IMG/VR virus record: IMGVR_UViG_3300001765_000069
DNA from: an uncultured virus (IMG/VR IMGVR_UViG_3300001765_000069)
Taxonomy: Duplodnaviria; Heunggongvirae; Uroviricota; Caudoviricetes
Length of the DNA: 20,000 nucleotides
Direction: 5' to 3' (one strand)
The notes beneath the pieces are model-generated. The model was not told where the DNA came from. It saw nothing but the letters and a program-made list of their open reading frames with translations, and did not search any database. Both the position numbers and the translations under genes were made by a program. This document shows positions 8,701-16,294 of the stretch, piece by piece; the stretch's first letter is position 1; each line of letters starts with the position of its first letter.

Positions 8701-9270
8701 CAGTTCGATGCCCAGCCCAAGAAGTTGAGCGAGATGCTGACCATCCCGCTTGAAGACGCCACCGCGTTCCTTGAGGCCAAGATGGCCCGCTTCCCGAAGG
8801 TGGAGACGTGGAAGGAAGACGTCCGCGGGGTGCTGATGTCAAATGGTTTTGTGACCACGATGCACGGCGCTCGCCGGCACCTTGCTGACGCTGTTCAGAA
8901 CGAGAACAAGTGGGAAGCTGAGCGTGCCGGCCGGCAGGGTCCAAACTTCATGATTCAGGGCTCCGCCGGCGAGATGACCAAGCTGGCCATGGCGCGGATC
9001 TGGCGGTCTGGCGTGATGCTGTGGGAAGGCGTCAGGTTCTACTTCCCGGTGCACGACGAACTGGTCTGGTCAGCCCACAAGGACATCATGTCGGCTTCCG
9101 CTAAGATCGTTCACGAGTGCATGACCAAATCATACTCAACGCTGCCAGTGCCCATCCTTGGCTCAATCTCTGTAGGCAAGACCTTCGGGCAGCAAGTTGA
9201 AGCGGGAGATGATTATGTGGAAGCTGACGTTGATGAGGCTATTGGCAAAGCCTTGGCTGTTGCCGTTTAA
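5734..9270 (+). CDS. polA: Family A DNA polymerase with N-terminal 5'-3' (flap) nuclease and 3'-5' exonuclease domains
   Basis: 5' nuclease YKDTR, EADDVIA, SRDGDLLQL; Exo I SLDIETS, Exo III YGCDD; TRRYSFSKPNFQQLP; motif A DFVGQELR, motif B RKDAKNVNF, motif C VHDEL. Confidence 0.95.
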   Translation: MIRRAIADVSSICWTSLLAGKDKENGIKVEFDGKEVLVNSATFGYENAINYVMSALKQINVQPINLILVVEGKNSKSMRQRLIEGYKDTRDSRPPEAYEQFNILKERLVEVLLAIGASAVTQDGLEADDVIAYLVQNLDGECYIISRDGDLLQLVGGDIHMLRNSEIDLNTYGPFPHKFVRLYKTLVGKQDESPGAYKFGEKAFLDLYAIFGDSGCQALETLIKLKKIKDLAEDVPELKSLQRIIDSEEMVYKSYAVSCLYPEKVNTMRMPLQWRVGMVKPLAEVTDERLQPYAGRARLVHAGNYEQAIVWAAPLIRKSAVVSLDIETSTPYESDVWLADAKGLDVDNGAVDLGVDVFGSFLVSMSLTFGENNQYTLYFTHKHAETDKVKNLTSAQMRQAVELVPQEIPLIIQNVSFELTVTYQEWREEWKDNGWHGFLPNVLDTAIMSHYVNENRAKGLKDNSKLLLNYDQQTFDSVTQIEDSVDLLPRGGRLVSQIMAEGAGAIQKRRYKMDELTAAHVFHYGCDDTICTIALHNHYRTVMELEKTWDVFVEVEQLPAYLTALAYVQGVPMSMQRMLELKTDDDVTYDKAWGTVRQFLLDNKWEGTVRPEFVSAAEFDALYPDEDERKFLLTSKSDGKRLDVRHRSIACPAHIKEAVKLYSGVELESSARKPAALAGAILEQVPGTGALAAAVEHQDVVTLNALIKSRFTSEPVLELDSPKKMQRLLYDVIGIPPRLVNKLTPTEREKNKPLAEAMGKYNKILNGSSSAEMTQEDLDLIRVKAKTDAFALKWAIKFDATPEQQDILNALQAMATVSTRRSLYYGPYRYVRHWKDGLIHANANQCGAVTRRYSFSKPNFQQLPKKGEGVKFREVVIPHVKDGLVASIDFVGQELRLMAGQSGDKNMMDCYVGPKLKDIHSITAAGAMEKKWQKEQRAAYAAAYADGIDKSDPDYEYDLFLRLRKAADKAVAKAADDLRKDAKNVNFAAQFDAQPKKLSEMLTIPLEDATAFLEAKMARFPKVETWKEDVRGVLMSNGFVTTMHGARRHLADAVQNENKWEAERAGRQGPNFMIQGSAGEMTKLAMARIWRSGVMLWEGVRFYFPVHDELVWSAHKDIMSASAKIVHECMTKSYSTLPVPILGSISVGKTFGQQVEAGDDYVEADVDEAIGKALAVAV

Positions 9271-9286
9271 CAAGAAAGGAACTGAT

Positions 9287-9724
9287 ATGGACGTTAAAGC
9301 TGAAATTGAAGAGGGCAAGAAGATTATTGCTAATCTGCCCTATGTAAGGGACTTCTGTCTGATAGGTAGTGCTATGTACCTAGACGACGCGAATGATGTT
9401 GACTTTTTAGTACTGACAGAACTTGCGGTGCCTGCGAACGAATTTGCCTACAGGCTCGTTAACGCGGGGTGGAGTCCTTGCAGCAAGTACGTGGTGTCCG
9501 ACGGGTCTGGGTGCAGTCCATTCGCGGCTGTAAGACTAGGCAACCTTAACCTGATCATCACTCACGACACCAAGTTTTACGAGCGTTACAAAACAGCAAT
9601 GGAGGTCTGCAAAGCACTCCGTCTGGTTCACAGAGAAGACCGTATTGCTGTATGCCAGATCGTGAGAGATGGCCGAATAGCTGATGAAGTAATCACTTAC
9701 CATGAAATAAAGGAACTGGTATGA
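9287..9724 (+). CDS. Pol-beta-superfamily nucleotidyltransferase-like protein
   Basis: LIGSAMYLDDANDVDFLVL matches the hGS-x(n)-DhD signature. Start at ATG 9287 after AAAGGA. Confidence 0.6.
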   Translation: MDVKAEIEEGKKIIANLPYVRDFCLIGSAMYLDDANDVDFLVLTELAVPANEFAYRLVNAGWSPCSKYVVSDGSGCSPFAAVRLGNLNLIITHDTKFYERYKTAMEVCKALRLVHREDRIAVCQIVRDGRIADEVITYHEIKELV

Positions 9725-9912
9725 AAGTCTGTGATGTATTTGCCGCTGGCGAGTTTGAAGACCTGCTCAGCGAGGCGGAAAGCAACGCTGTTTCAGGCTG
9801 GGACATGGCGTTTGTGGAAGACTTGGATGAGAAGTTTCAGCAGTACGGGTCTGACATGTTCATTTCCGACAGCCAGTTGAAGCAACTGCGTCGGATTGCG
9901 GGAGACGAGTGA
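9721..9912 (+). CDS. Small acidic hypothetical protein
   Basis: 63 aa, RBS AAGGA, ATGA overlap; 15 D/E versus 5 K/R. Confidence 0.75.
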   Translation: MKVCDVFAAGEFEDLLSEAESNAVSGWDMAFVEDLDEKFQQYGSDMFISDSQLKQLRRIAGDE

Positions 9913-9985
9913 TGCCTGTTTTACGCTGAGGCTCGCAAGGTTGAGCCGGACATCGATTTCATGAACAACATCAAGGTTGCCTGAT

Positions 9986-10138
9986 ATGCCAAATTTCAAT
10001 AACAAGGCAGTCCTTGATCGAATCAGGGAGCTTTTTACTAAGGGTCTCCAGAAGAATACCGGATGGGGCCGTAACGAGATTGAAATACTTTACGACAAAT
10101 GTGTAACTCAAACCTTGATGGAGATGCTCGATGCCTAG
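9986..10138 (+). CDS. Small hypothetical protein (50 aa; not in ORF track)
   Basis: MPNFNNKAVLDRIRELFTKGLQKNTGWGRNEIEILYDKCVTQTLMEMLDA; AAGG upstream; stop overlaps the next start. Confidence 0.6.
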   Translation: MPNFNNKAVLDRIRELFTKGLQKNTGWGRNEIEILYDKCVTQTLMEMLDA

Positions 10139-10580
10139 CTTCAAACCCGACAAACCCAAGACCTCCGACCGTGGCAAGCCCGAGGAGAAGGAAGTCCAGG
10201 GCGTACTTGAGCGCCGCTCCGCTGCCCGTGCCGACTTCGACTTCCTGCGCCTGCCCGATGCCAAGAGTGCCATGGGCCGCGTCAAGTCCATGCCTGCCGA
10301 CTTCGAGTTCTTTTCTCCGAGCGGCCACGGCCTCATCGAAGTCAAGTCCACCGAGCACGATTACAGGCTCTCCCGCGACAAGGTCAGCCAGCTTCCGATG
10401 ATGCGAAAGCGCATCCTGGCCGGTGGGCGCTGCGTCATCCTTGTCCACCACAGCATGATAGGCAAGTGGCGCCGCATCAACATCGGCATGCTTGACCCGA
10501 CGGCGCCGTCCTGGGATCTGTCCACATTCACCACGTATGACTCGGCGGAAGCCGCACTGAAAGGATTGTTTGATGCATGA
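10131..10580 (+). CDS. PD-(D/E)xK nuclease, RecU-like Holliday junction resolvase
   Basis: RGKPEEKEV, PADFEF, LIEVKST motifs; size and context fit. Confidence 0.7.
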   Translation: MPSFKPDKPKTSDRGKPEEKEVQGVLERRSAARADFDFLRLPDAKSAMGRVKSMPADFEFFSPSGHGLIEVKSTEHDYRLSRDKVSQLPMMRKRILAGGRCVILVHHSMIGKWRRINIGMLDPTAPSWDLSTFTTYDSAEAALKGLFDA

Positions 10581-10830
10581 AACCATAGTTGTTGAGAAGT
10601 GCTCGCAGGTTGGTATGTCCGAGGAGTTAATCCCGTTTGACTTTGGCGATCTCCCCAACGTCAGCACGCCTTCACCCGAAGAAATCAAAGCCGCCGAGAC
10701 CGCGCCGAAGATCCTGAAACCGAAGTTCCTCGTCTGGGCCATGGCTATCGTCCTGAACATGCCCTGCCCGCCCATCCTGATCTGCCAGTCCCACCATGGC
10801 CGTGTAACTGTTCGTGGAGTCAACATATGA
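10570..10830 (+). CDS. Hypothetical protein
   Basis: 86-aa ORF overlapping both neighbours; exact start uncertain. Confidence 0.55.
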   Translation: MMHETIVVEKCSQVGMSEELIPFDFGDLPNVSTPSPEEIKAAETAPKILKPKFLVWAMAIVLNMPCPPILICQSHHGRVTVRGVNI

Positions 10831-11789
10831 CCATGCCAATGCTCGCTTCCGACTACGATGAGTCGAAGCTTAAATTCCCCCTGCTTGCCCAACCCAAGAT
10901 CGACGGCGTGCGCGGCGTCCACTTGAATGGTTCGTTCACCGGTCGCAGCCTCAAGGCTCACAAGAACAAGGCAGCCACTGCCACATTCAGTGTCCCGGAG
11001 TTCGCGGGACTTGACGGCGAACTCACCGTCGGCGACCTGACCGGCACTGATCTGTGCCGCGACACTACTAGCAAGATGGGCACGATCAAGGGTGACGCGG
11101 ACGATATCGTCTGGAACGTGTTTGACTTGATCAACGAGAACACGGCCAGCCTGACCTACGTCGAGCGCTACGCGGCCCTCGGCCGGCGCCTCAGCGCCAT
11201 CGCTGAGTTCCACCCGGAAGTTAGCCACCTGCTCAACATCATGCCGACCTACTTCGTGACCACGCTGGATCAGTTGCTGGAACTGGACGACAAGTGGCTG
11301 GACGAAGGTTACGAGGGCACTATCATCCGCGACCCGAACGGCCTGTACAAGCAGGGCCGCAGCACCGTCAAGGAAGGTGGCCTGCTCCGCATCAAGCGTT
11401 TCATGCAGGAGGACGCCGAGGTCATCGACGTCGTCGAAGGCCAGTCCAACGGCAACGAGGCCAAGACCAACGAACTCGGCCGCACCGAGCGCAGCAGCCA
11501 CCAAGAGAACATGACGCCGAATGGCATGGTTGGCACGCTCACCTGTAGAGTGCTGAAGGACGTGCTGGATCTGCGCCGCCCGGACGGCATCCTGCTCCGC
11601 AAGGATCAGATCATCACAGTAAGTGCCGGCAAGATGAAGCAAGACATGCGCCAAGACTTAATGGCCAATCCCGACAAGATCGTGGGCAAGACTATCTCGT
11701 TCAAATTCTTCCCGAAGGGCATGCTGGACAAGCCACGCTTCCCCACCTTTCACTCAATTCGACTGGAGAGCGACAATGCGGCTGAGTAA
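10827..11789 (+). CDS. lig: ATP-dependent DNA ligase (compact phage type)
   Basis: QPKIDGVR (KxDG), LDGEL, VFDL, EGYEGTIIR, LRIKRF, C-terminal PRFP. Confidence 0.95.
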   Translation: MTMPMLASDYDESKLKFPLLAQPKIDGVRGVHLNGSFTGRSLKAHKNKAATATFSVPEFAGLDGELTVGDLTGTDLCRDTTSKMGTIKGDADDIVWNVFDLINENTASLTYVERYAALGRRLSAIAEFHPEVSHLLNIMPTYFVTTLDQLLELDDKWLDEGYEGTIIRDPNGLYKQGRSTVKEGGLLRIKRFMQEDAEVIDVVEGQSNGNEAKTNELGRTERSSHQENMTPNGMVGTLTCRVLKDVLDLRRPDGILLRKDQIITVSAGKMKQDMRQDLMANPDKIVGKTISFKFFPKGMLDKPRFPTFHSIRLESDNAAE

Positions 11790-12444
11790 ACATCACATTG
11801 AACGATTCGTTCAGGACGTCATGGATGACGTGCCGACGCCCGCGGCCAAGGCCAAGACGCAGGCCATTGCTGATTACAAGAAGGCGGTTGAAGACACCCT
11901 GCCTGCTGACGTTAAGCCGATCTTGAAGAAGTACCCGCACCTGTTAGAACGTAAATCCATGTACGTCAAAGGCTGGGAAACATTCAGATCTGACGGCGTA
12001 TTCTCCAGTATGTATGTCCACGTTGTACTCATGGATGGGCAGTTGCCGTTTAAGCCTGACACTGAAGTTACTCAGGTTCCGTACGCCAAAGAGTTTCAGG
12101 CTCGTAAGGAACTGCGCCGCCGCCTTCTCGACGTAGGCTCGAAGTGTTCAACCCTTGCCAAACTCAAGGAAGCGTTCCCGGAGCTCATCAAGTACATGCC
12201 AGAGGAGGTGGAGCAGCCTAAGCTGAACTTGCCGATGGCTGCCGGCGGCGTGGTGGCTGACCTGTTCAAGTCTGGACTGCCTGCACCTGCAAAGGTTGAG
12301 GCGCCGAAGCAGCGTGTCACAGTGTCTGCCAAGGCTATGCAAGCTATCCAGAACGCAGTCGACAATCCGCCTGATCCAAATACTGCATTGAAGAAGGCAG
12401 CTAGGGCGTACAAAACCAAGGTGAAAACCAATGCCAAGACTTGA
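11776..12444 (+). CDS. Nmad5-like (nucleotide-modification-associated domain 5) protein with C-terminal DUF1778-like extension
   Basis: N-terminal MRLSK-x5-FVQDVMDDVP and CSTLAKLKEAFPELIKYMP...LP...LFKSGLP resemble Nmad5 as I recall it; extra tail RVTVS...DNPPDPNTALKKAA. Confidence 0.65.
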   Translation: MRLSKHHIERFVQDVMDDVPTPAAKAKTQAIADYKKAVEDTLPADVKPILKKYPHLLERKSMYVKGWETFRSDGVFSSMYVHVVLMDGQLPFKPDTEVTQVPYAKEFQARKELRRRLLDVGSKCSTLAKLKEAFPELIKYMPEEVEQPKLNLPMAAGGVVADLFKSGLPAPAKVEAPKQRVTVSAKAMQAIQNAVDNPPDPNTALKKAARAYKTKVKTNAKT

Positions 12445-12628
12445 AGACTACGTCGAGGTGACTGGTGTCGTTCTTGACAACACTCGTGCCGACATCAAGT
12501 TCAACTTCGGACATGGCGAGATATGGGTGCCGAAGAGTAAGATACTTGAGGACTTCTTCAACATCGGCGATATCAAGACGTGGCACATCGATACTAACCA
12601 TGCCATAAGACTAGGGCTCGTCAACTAA
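12431..12628 (+). CDS. Small hypothetical protein
   Basis: 65 aa, RBS AAGGTG, beta-rich with IWVPKS. Confidence 0.7.
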   Translation: MPRLEDYVEVTGVVLDNTRADIKFNFGHGEIWVPKSKILEDFFNIGDIKTWHIDTNHAIRLGLVN

Positions 12629-12630
12629 AG

Positions 12631-12659
12631 TTGACACTTTACGGGATGGGAACTAATAT
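12631..12659 (+). promoter_or_regulatory. Sigma70-type promoter for the sbcD-sbcC-nrdB-thyX block
   Basis: Perfect TTGACA (12631-12636), 17-nt spacer, TAATAT (12654-12659); AGGAG RBS at 12673-12677. Confidence 0.8.
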
Positions 12660-12685
12660 CTCATCCCGGTTTAGGAGATATTTAG

Positions 12686-13744
12686 ATGATTACGATACTG
12701 AATGACGTACACCTTGGTGCCAAGCGTAAGTCAGGCACCACTCCTCAATCACAGCAAGACCTTAGCGACTACCTGCTCAGCACTTTCTCGCTGCAGGTGC
12801 AGTCGGCGACTGGCAAGCTAGTCATCGCTGGCGACCTGTTCGACAGCTTTGAGGTTGACAGTAACACCGTCCTGCAAGCCTACCTGACTTTGGAAAATCA
12901 CCTCGCTAATGGTGCTTATCTGGCTCTGATTGCCGGCAACCACGACTGGTCCCCGCGTGGCGACAAGCTGTCCAGCTTCCACCTGTTGGCCGGGTTGTTG
13001 AAGGCCACCTACCCTGGTCACATAACCCTGATCGACAAGGCGTTGACCTTGGTTGACCTTCCAACTGGCACCTTCGCCATTCCTCACATGCCAAACCAGG
13101 ACGTGTTCGATCTGGAACTGGAGAGGGCTATTGACATAGGCCCTACCGTACAAAACCTGATCCTGCACGCCAACTACGCAAACGGCTTCTGTGATCACTC
13201 CGACCACTCTCTCAACGTCAGCCGCGAGGTTGCTGAACGCTTCGCTGCCAAGGGCATCCGCCTGATCTTTGCGCATGAGCACCAGGCTAAGCAGGATTTC
13301 GGCGGCATGGTGTTTGTGATGGGCAACCAGATGCCCAGTTCGATTGCTGACTGCCTTGGCAACGACGCCAAGTATATGCACATCCTGAATGACAACGGTG
13401 GCATCCATACTCAGCAGACATGGCGCCGCTTCGATGCTGAAGGCTACGCCGAGATCGACTGGCGCGAACTGGAACTCAACCCGTCTGGCGACAAAGGATT
13501 CATCCGCGTCACCGGCAGCGCTGGAGCGGGTGAAGCGGAAGCCGTGGTCAACGCCATCTCGAAGTACCGCGCCAAGTCCACCAGCTTCGTCGTCACCAAC
13601 GCCGTACGCATCGCTGGCATGGCCGACATGAGCGCGATGGGGGAGGTCGCTGCAGAGTCCATCAAGACCTTCGACGTGCTGACTGCACTGCTTGAAGAAC
13701 TCGATGATCGTGAACGTAAAGTGGTGAAGGAGATGTTGGAATGA
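12686..13744 (+). CDS. sbcD: SbcD/Mre11-like metallophosphoesterase nuclease
   Basis: DVHLG, GDLFD, GNHD, LHAN, AHEH motifs; close to an SbcC-like ATPase. Confidence 0.88.
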   Translation: MITILNDVHLGAKRKSGTTPQSQQDLSDYLLSTFSLQVQSATGKLVIAGDLFDSFEVDSNTVLQAYLTLENHLANGAYLALIAGNHDWSPRGDKLSSFHLLAGLLKATYPGHITLIDKALTLVDLPTGTFAIPHMPNQDVFDLELERAIDIGPTVQNLILHANYANGFCDHSDHSLNVSREVAERFAAKGIRLIFAHEHQAKQDFGGMVFVMGNQMPSSIADCLGNDAKYMHILNDNGGIHTQQTWRRFDAEGYAEIDWRELELNPSGDKGFIRVTGSAGAGEAEAVVNAISKYRAKSTSFVVTNAVRIAGMADMSAMGEVAAESIKTFDVLTALLEELDDRERKVVKEMLE

Positions 13745-13902
13745 AAGAGATTGCCGTTATCTCAGTGTTGGCATTGGTGGCACTAGCAGTGATTTCGTAC
13801 AACCTTGCAGAAGGCCACGAGGTGTACCGTGAATGCTTGGCCACGCAGGAACGTATTGCAACGATCAATCCTGAGTTTTCAGGAATTGGCTGCTACAGGT
13901 GA
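13741..13902 (+). CDS. Small protein with N-terminal hydrophobic helix (53 aa; not in ORF track)
   Basis: MKEIAVISVLALVALAVISYNLAEGHEVYRECLATQERIATINPEFSGIGCYR; RBS AAGGAG; ATGA and GTGA overlaps on both sides. Confidence 0.65.
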   Translation: MKEIAVISVLALVALAVISYNLAEGHEVYRECLATQERIATINPEFSGIGCYR

Positions 13903-14105
13903 ACGAAATGAGCGATCTTGAAAATCTGAAGCTTAAAATTAAGCAAGTTGAAGAGCTTATGCAGAGAATCTTGGAAGACTCTATAGAAATACTGTATACG
14001 GCTGGCGCGAGGCATGTTGAACTGAATCTGGAAAAACGGGTGTCACAGCCGATTGGTATGATTCCAATCACCATTCACACGATTAAGGTGGAGGTGAAAC
14101 TATGA
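13899..14105 (+). CDS. Small hypothetical protein
   Basis: 68 aa, coiled-coil-like N-half, coupled to the sbcC start. Confidence 0.55.
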   Translation: MNEMSDLENLKLKIKQVEELMQRILEDSIEILYTAGARHVELNLEKRVSQPIGMIPITIHTIKVEVKL

Positions 14106-16294
14106 TCAAGAATCTGAAACTACAAAACTTCATGCGCCACGAGAACCTTGAAGTGGCGTTTACCGGTGGGCTGCAGGTGCTGCGCGGCGCCAACGAGGGT
14201 GGCAAGTCGAGTCTCCTGCTCGGCATCGCTTATGCCTTGTTCGGTTCCAAAGTGCTGCGCGGCAACTTCTCTGACACAGTGACCTGGGGCCAGCCCGAGA
14301 CCAGCCTGCGCGTCACGCTCGATCTCAACATCGCCGGCAAGTCTCTGCGCGTGGTGCGCCACAAGGGCGGGGCTGAGGTGCAGGCGTTTGTTCCGGGGCC
14401 TGAGTTCGTGGACATCGGTGGAGGCGAGGTTCGAAGATTTGAATCCATCGAAGGCGGCAGCATGCGCCCCATCGTCACCGGTCAGAACGAAGTCTCGGCC
14501 TACATCGCCAACCTGATCGGGGCTGATGCCACGGCCGCGTCGAAGCTTATGCTGGCCAACCAGGGCAACCTGCGTGGCGCCCTAGATCAGGGTCCGAAGG
14601 CCACCAGCCAGATGATCGAAGACCTCGCTGACTTCGACATGTTCGAACGCTTGATCGAGGCCATGATCGGCAAACTGGTGCTCGGCAACACAGATGCCAT
14701 CGAGAAGCAGGTGGCCGAGGCGGAAGCCGCACTGGCTGCCGTGCCCGACGTGGTGTCTCCGGACTATGCGCCGATCGATTTCGAGATCGCCTCGCTGAGC
14801 GCCGGCATTGCCGATGCCGAGCAGGCTGCTAAGGTTGAGTTCGACAAGCTGGGCAAAGCTGACGCGGATCTGGCCGCGGCGCGGGCCGCTGTGTCGGTGG
14901 TGGCCGAGGTGCGGGCGCAGATGGTGCAGTCGGCTGACAAATCGCTGGTGCTGCTTGATCGTGAGAAGGCACTGGCTGCAGAAAGAGTCTGCATGTTCTC
15001 TGCAGATGACCGGACGGCGATCTCTAACGACTTGGCCGATGCCAAGACATGGCAGGCCAATCGGAACCTGTACGGGCAGTATCTGGCACTCACTTACCCG
15101 AAGATCTCGTGGGACAAGCCAGAGGCCGACTTCCTTCAGGAGTACGCCATGATTGCCGCCCGCCTGAACGAGGCCCGCGCCAACCGTGCTGAACTTGAAA
15201 CACAGATCAAGGTGCTGGAATCCTCGCTTGTCACGTCGGCATTCTGCGGCTACTGCGGAGAGGATTTCTCGAAGCTGCCGGAAGTGGCCAGCAAGAATGC
15301 TGCCACCCTTGCTTCAATCGCTGCCAAGAAGATGCTGGCAACCGCTGCCGACGATCTAGTTACGTCCTTGATGAAGGACATCCACGTTATGGACGGCTTG
15401 GCCTCCTCGGCCCGAGAGTACGTCGTCTCTGCCGCAAAGCTGGGCGACAAGGTTGAGATGCACAGCAACAGCTGGCCACCCAGTGCCAACTGGATCTGCA
15501 GCATCCCGCCGGAGACTGGCCCTGACGCAGCGGCCCTGGCCGGCAAGCTGTCTCGTATAGATGCCGCGATCAAGACCTCAGAAGCGGCGGCTGCCAAGCT
15601 ACTGGTTGTTCTTGACCAGATCGAAGACGAGCGCGGCGTGGCCAAGCGCCTGCTGGAGCGCCTTGAAGCGCTGCCCCAACCCTCCGTCGCCGAGGCCGAG
15701 GCCGCCCGGGAAGCCGCTCACGCCGTCTGGACCACGGCCTACCAAGCCTACTCGACATCCAGCGTGCGCCTGCAGGAACTGCGCAGCCAGCGCGAACGCA
15801 CGGCGTCAGAGTACGAGACAGCCCTGACCACCAGAGTGAAGCTAGCCGGGGACTGGGCTGACAAGAAGGAGCAGGTTGATACCATGCGCTTCAACAACGC
15901 CTTGCTCAAGAAGGTGCGTGCCGCTCGCCCGATCATCTCCGACAAGTTGTGGAATACGGTGCTCACTTCGGTCAGCACAGCCTTCAGCCGCCTGCGGGGT
16001 GAGCCTTCCGTCGTCACCAAGGCGAAGGACGGTTTCACGGTGAATGGCAAGGCTGTCGAGTTACTGAGCGGCAGCACGTTGGATCTGTTGGGCCTGGCCA
16101 TCCGCACTTCGCTGGTCAAGACCTTCATCCCACATTGCCCGTTCCTCGTTCTGGACGAGCCCAGTGCCGCGTGCGACATCGATCGAACCACTACAATGCT
16201 GGGCTTCATCCACGCCATTGGCTTCGACCAAGTCGTCCTTGTGACCCACGATCCCGTCGCCGAGACCGTGGCCGATAATCTGATTCAACTGTGA
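14102..16294 (+). CDS. sbcC: SbcC/Rad50-like ABC ATPase
   Basis: Walker A GANEGGKS, coiled coils, zinc hook CGYC, signature LSGST, Walker B LVLDEP, H-loop VTHD. Confidence 0.92.
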   Translation: MIKNLKLQNFMRHENLEVAFTGGLQVLRGANEGGKSSLLLGIAYALFGSKVLRGNFSDTVTWGQPETSLRVTLDLNIAGKSLRVVRHKGGAEVQAFVPGPEFVDIGGGEVRRFESIEGGSMRPIVTGQNEVSAYIANLIGADATAASKLMLANQGNLRGALDQGPKATSQMIEDLADFDMFERLIEAMIGKLVLGNTDAIEKQVAEAEAALAAVPDVVSPDYAPIDFEIASLSAGIADAEQAAKVEFDKLGKADADLAAARAAVSVVAEVRAQMVQSADKSLVLLDREKALAAERVCMFSADDRTAISNDLADAKTWQANRNLYGQYLALTYPKISWDKPEADFLQEYAMIAARLNEARANRAELETQIKVLESSLVTSAFCGYCGEDFSKLPEVASKNAATLASIAAKKMLATAADDLVTSLMKDIHVMDGLASSAREYVVSAAKLGDKVEMHSNSWPPSANWICSIPPETGPDAAALAGKLSRIDAAIKTSEAAAAKLLVVLDQIEDERGVAKRLLERLEALPQPSVAEAEAAREAAHAVWTTAYQAYSTSSVRLQELRSQRERTASEYETALTTRVKLAGDWADKKEQVDTMRFNNALLKKVRAARPIISDKLWNTVLTSVSTAFSRLRGEPSVVTKAKDGFTVNGKAVELLSGSTLDLLGLAIRTSLVKTFIPHCPFLVLDEPSAACDIDRTTTMLGFIHAIGFDQVVLVTHDPVAETVADNLIQL

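Noticed and set aside
5734..9270. Intein or intron explaining the long PolA
   Set aside because: Continuous frame; no intein splice-junction or LAGLIDADG motifs seen; extra length comes from the 5' nuclease and insertions.
10038..11654. 538-aa minus-strand ORF
   Set aside because: Antisense shadow of the high-GC3 resolvase and ligase genes; no motifs.
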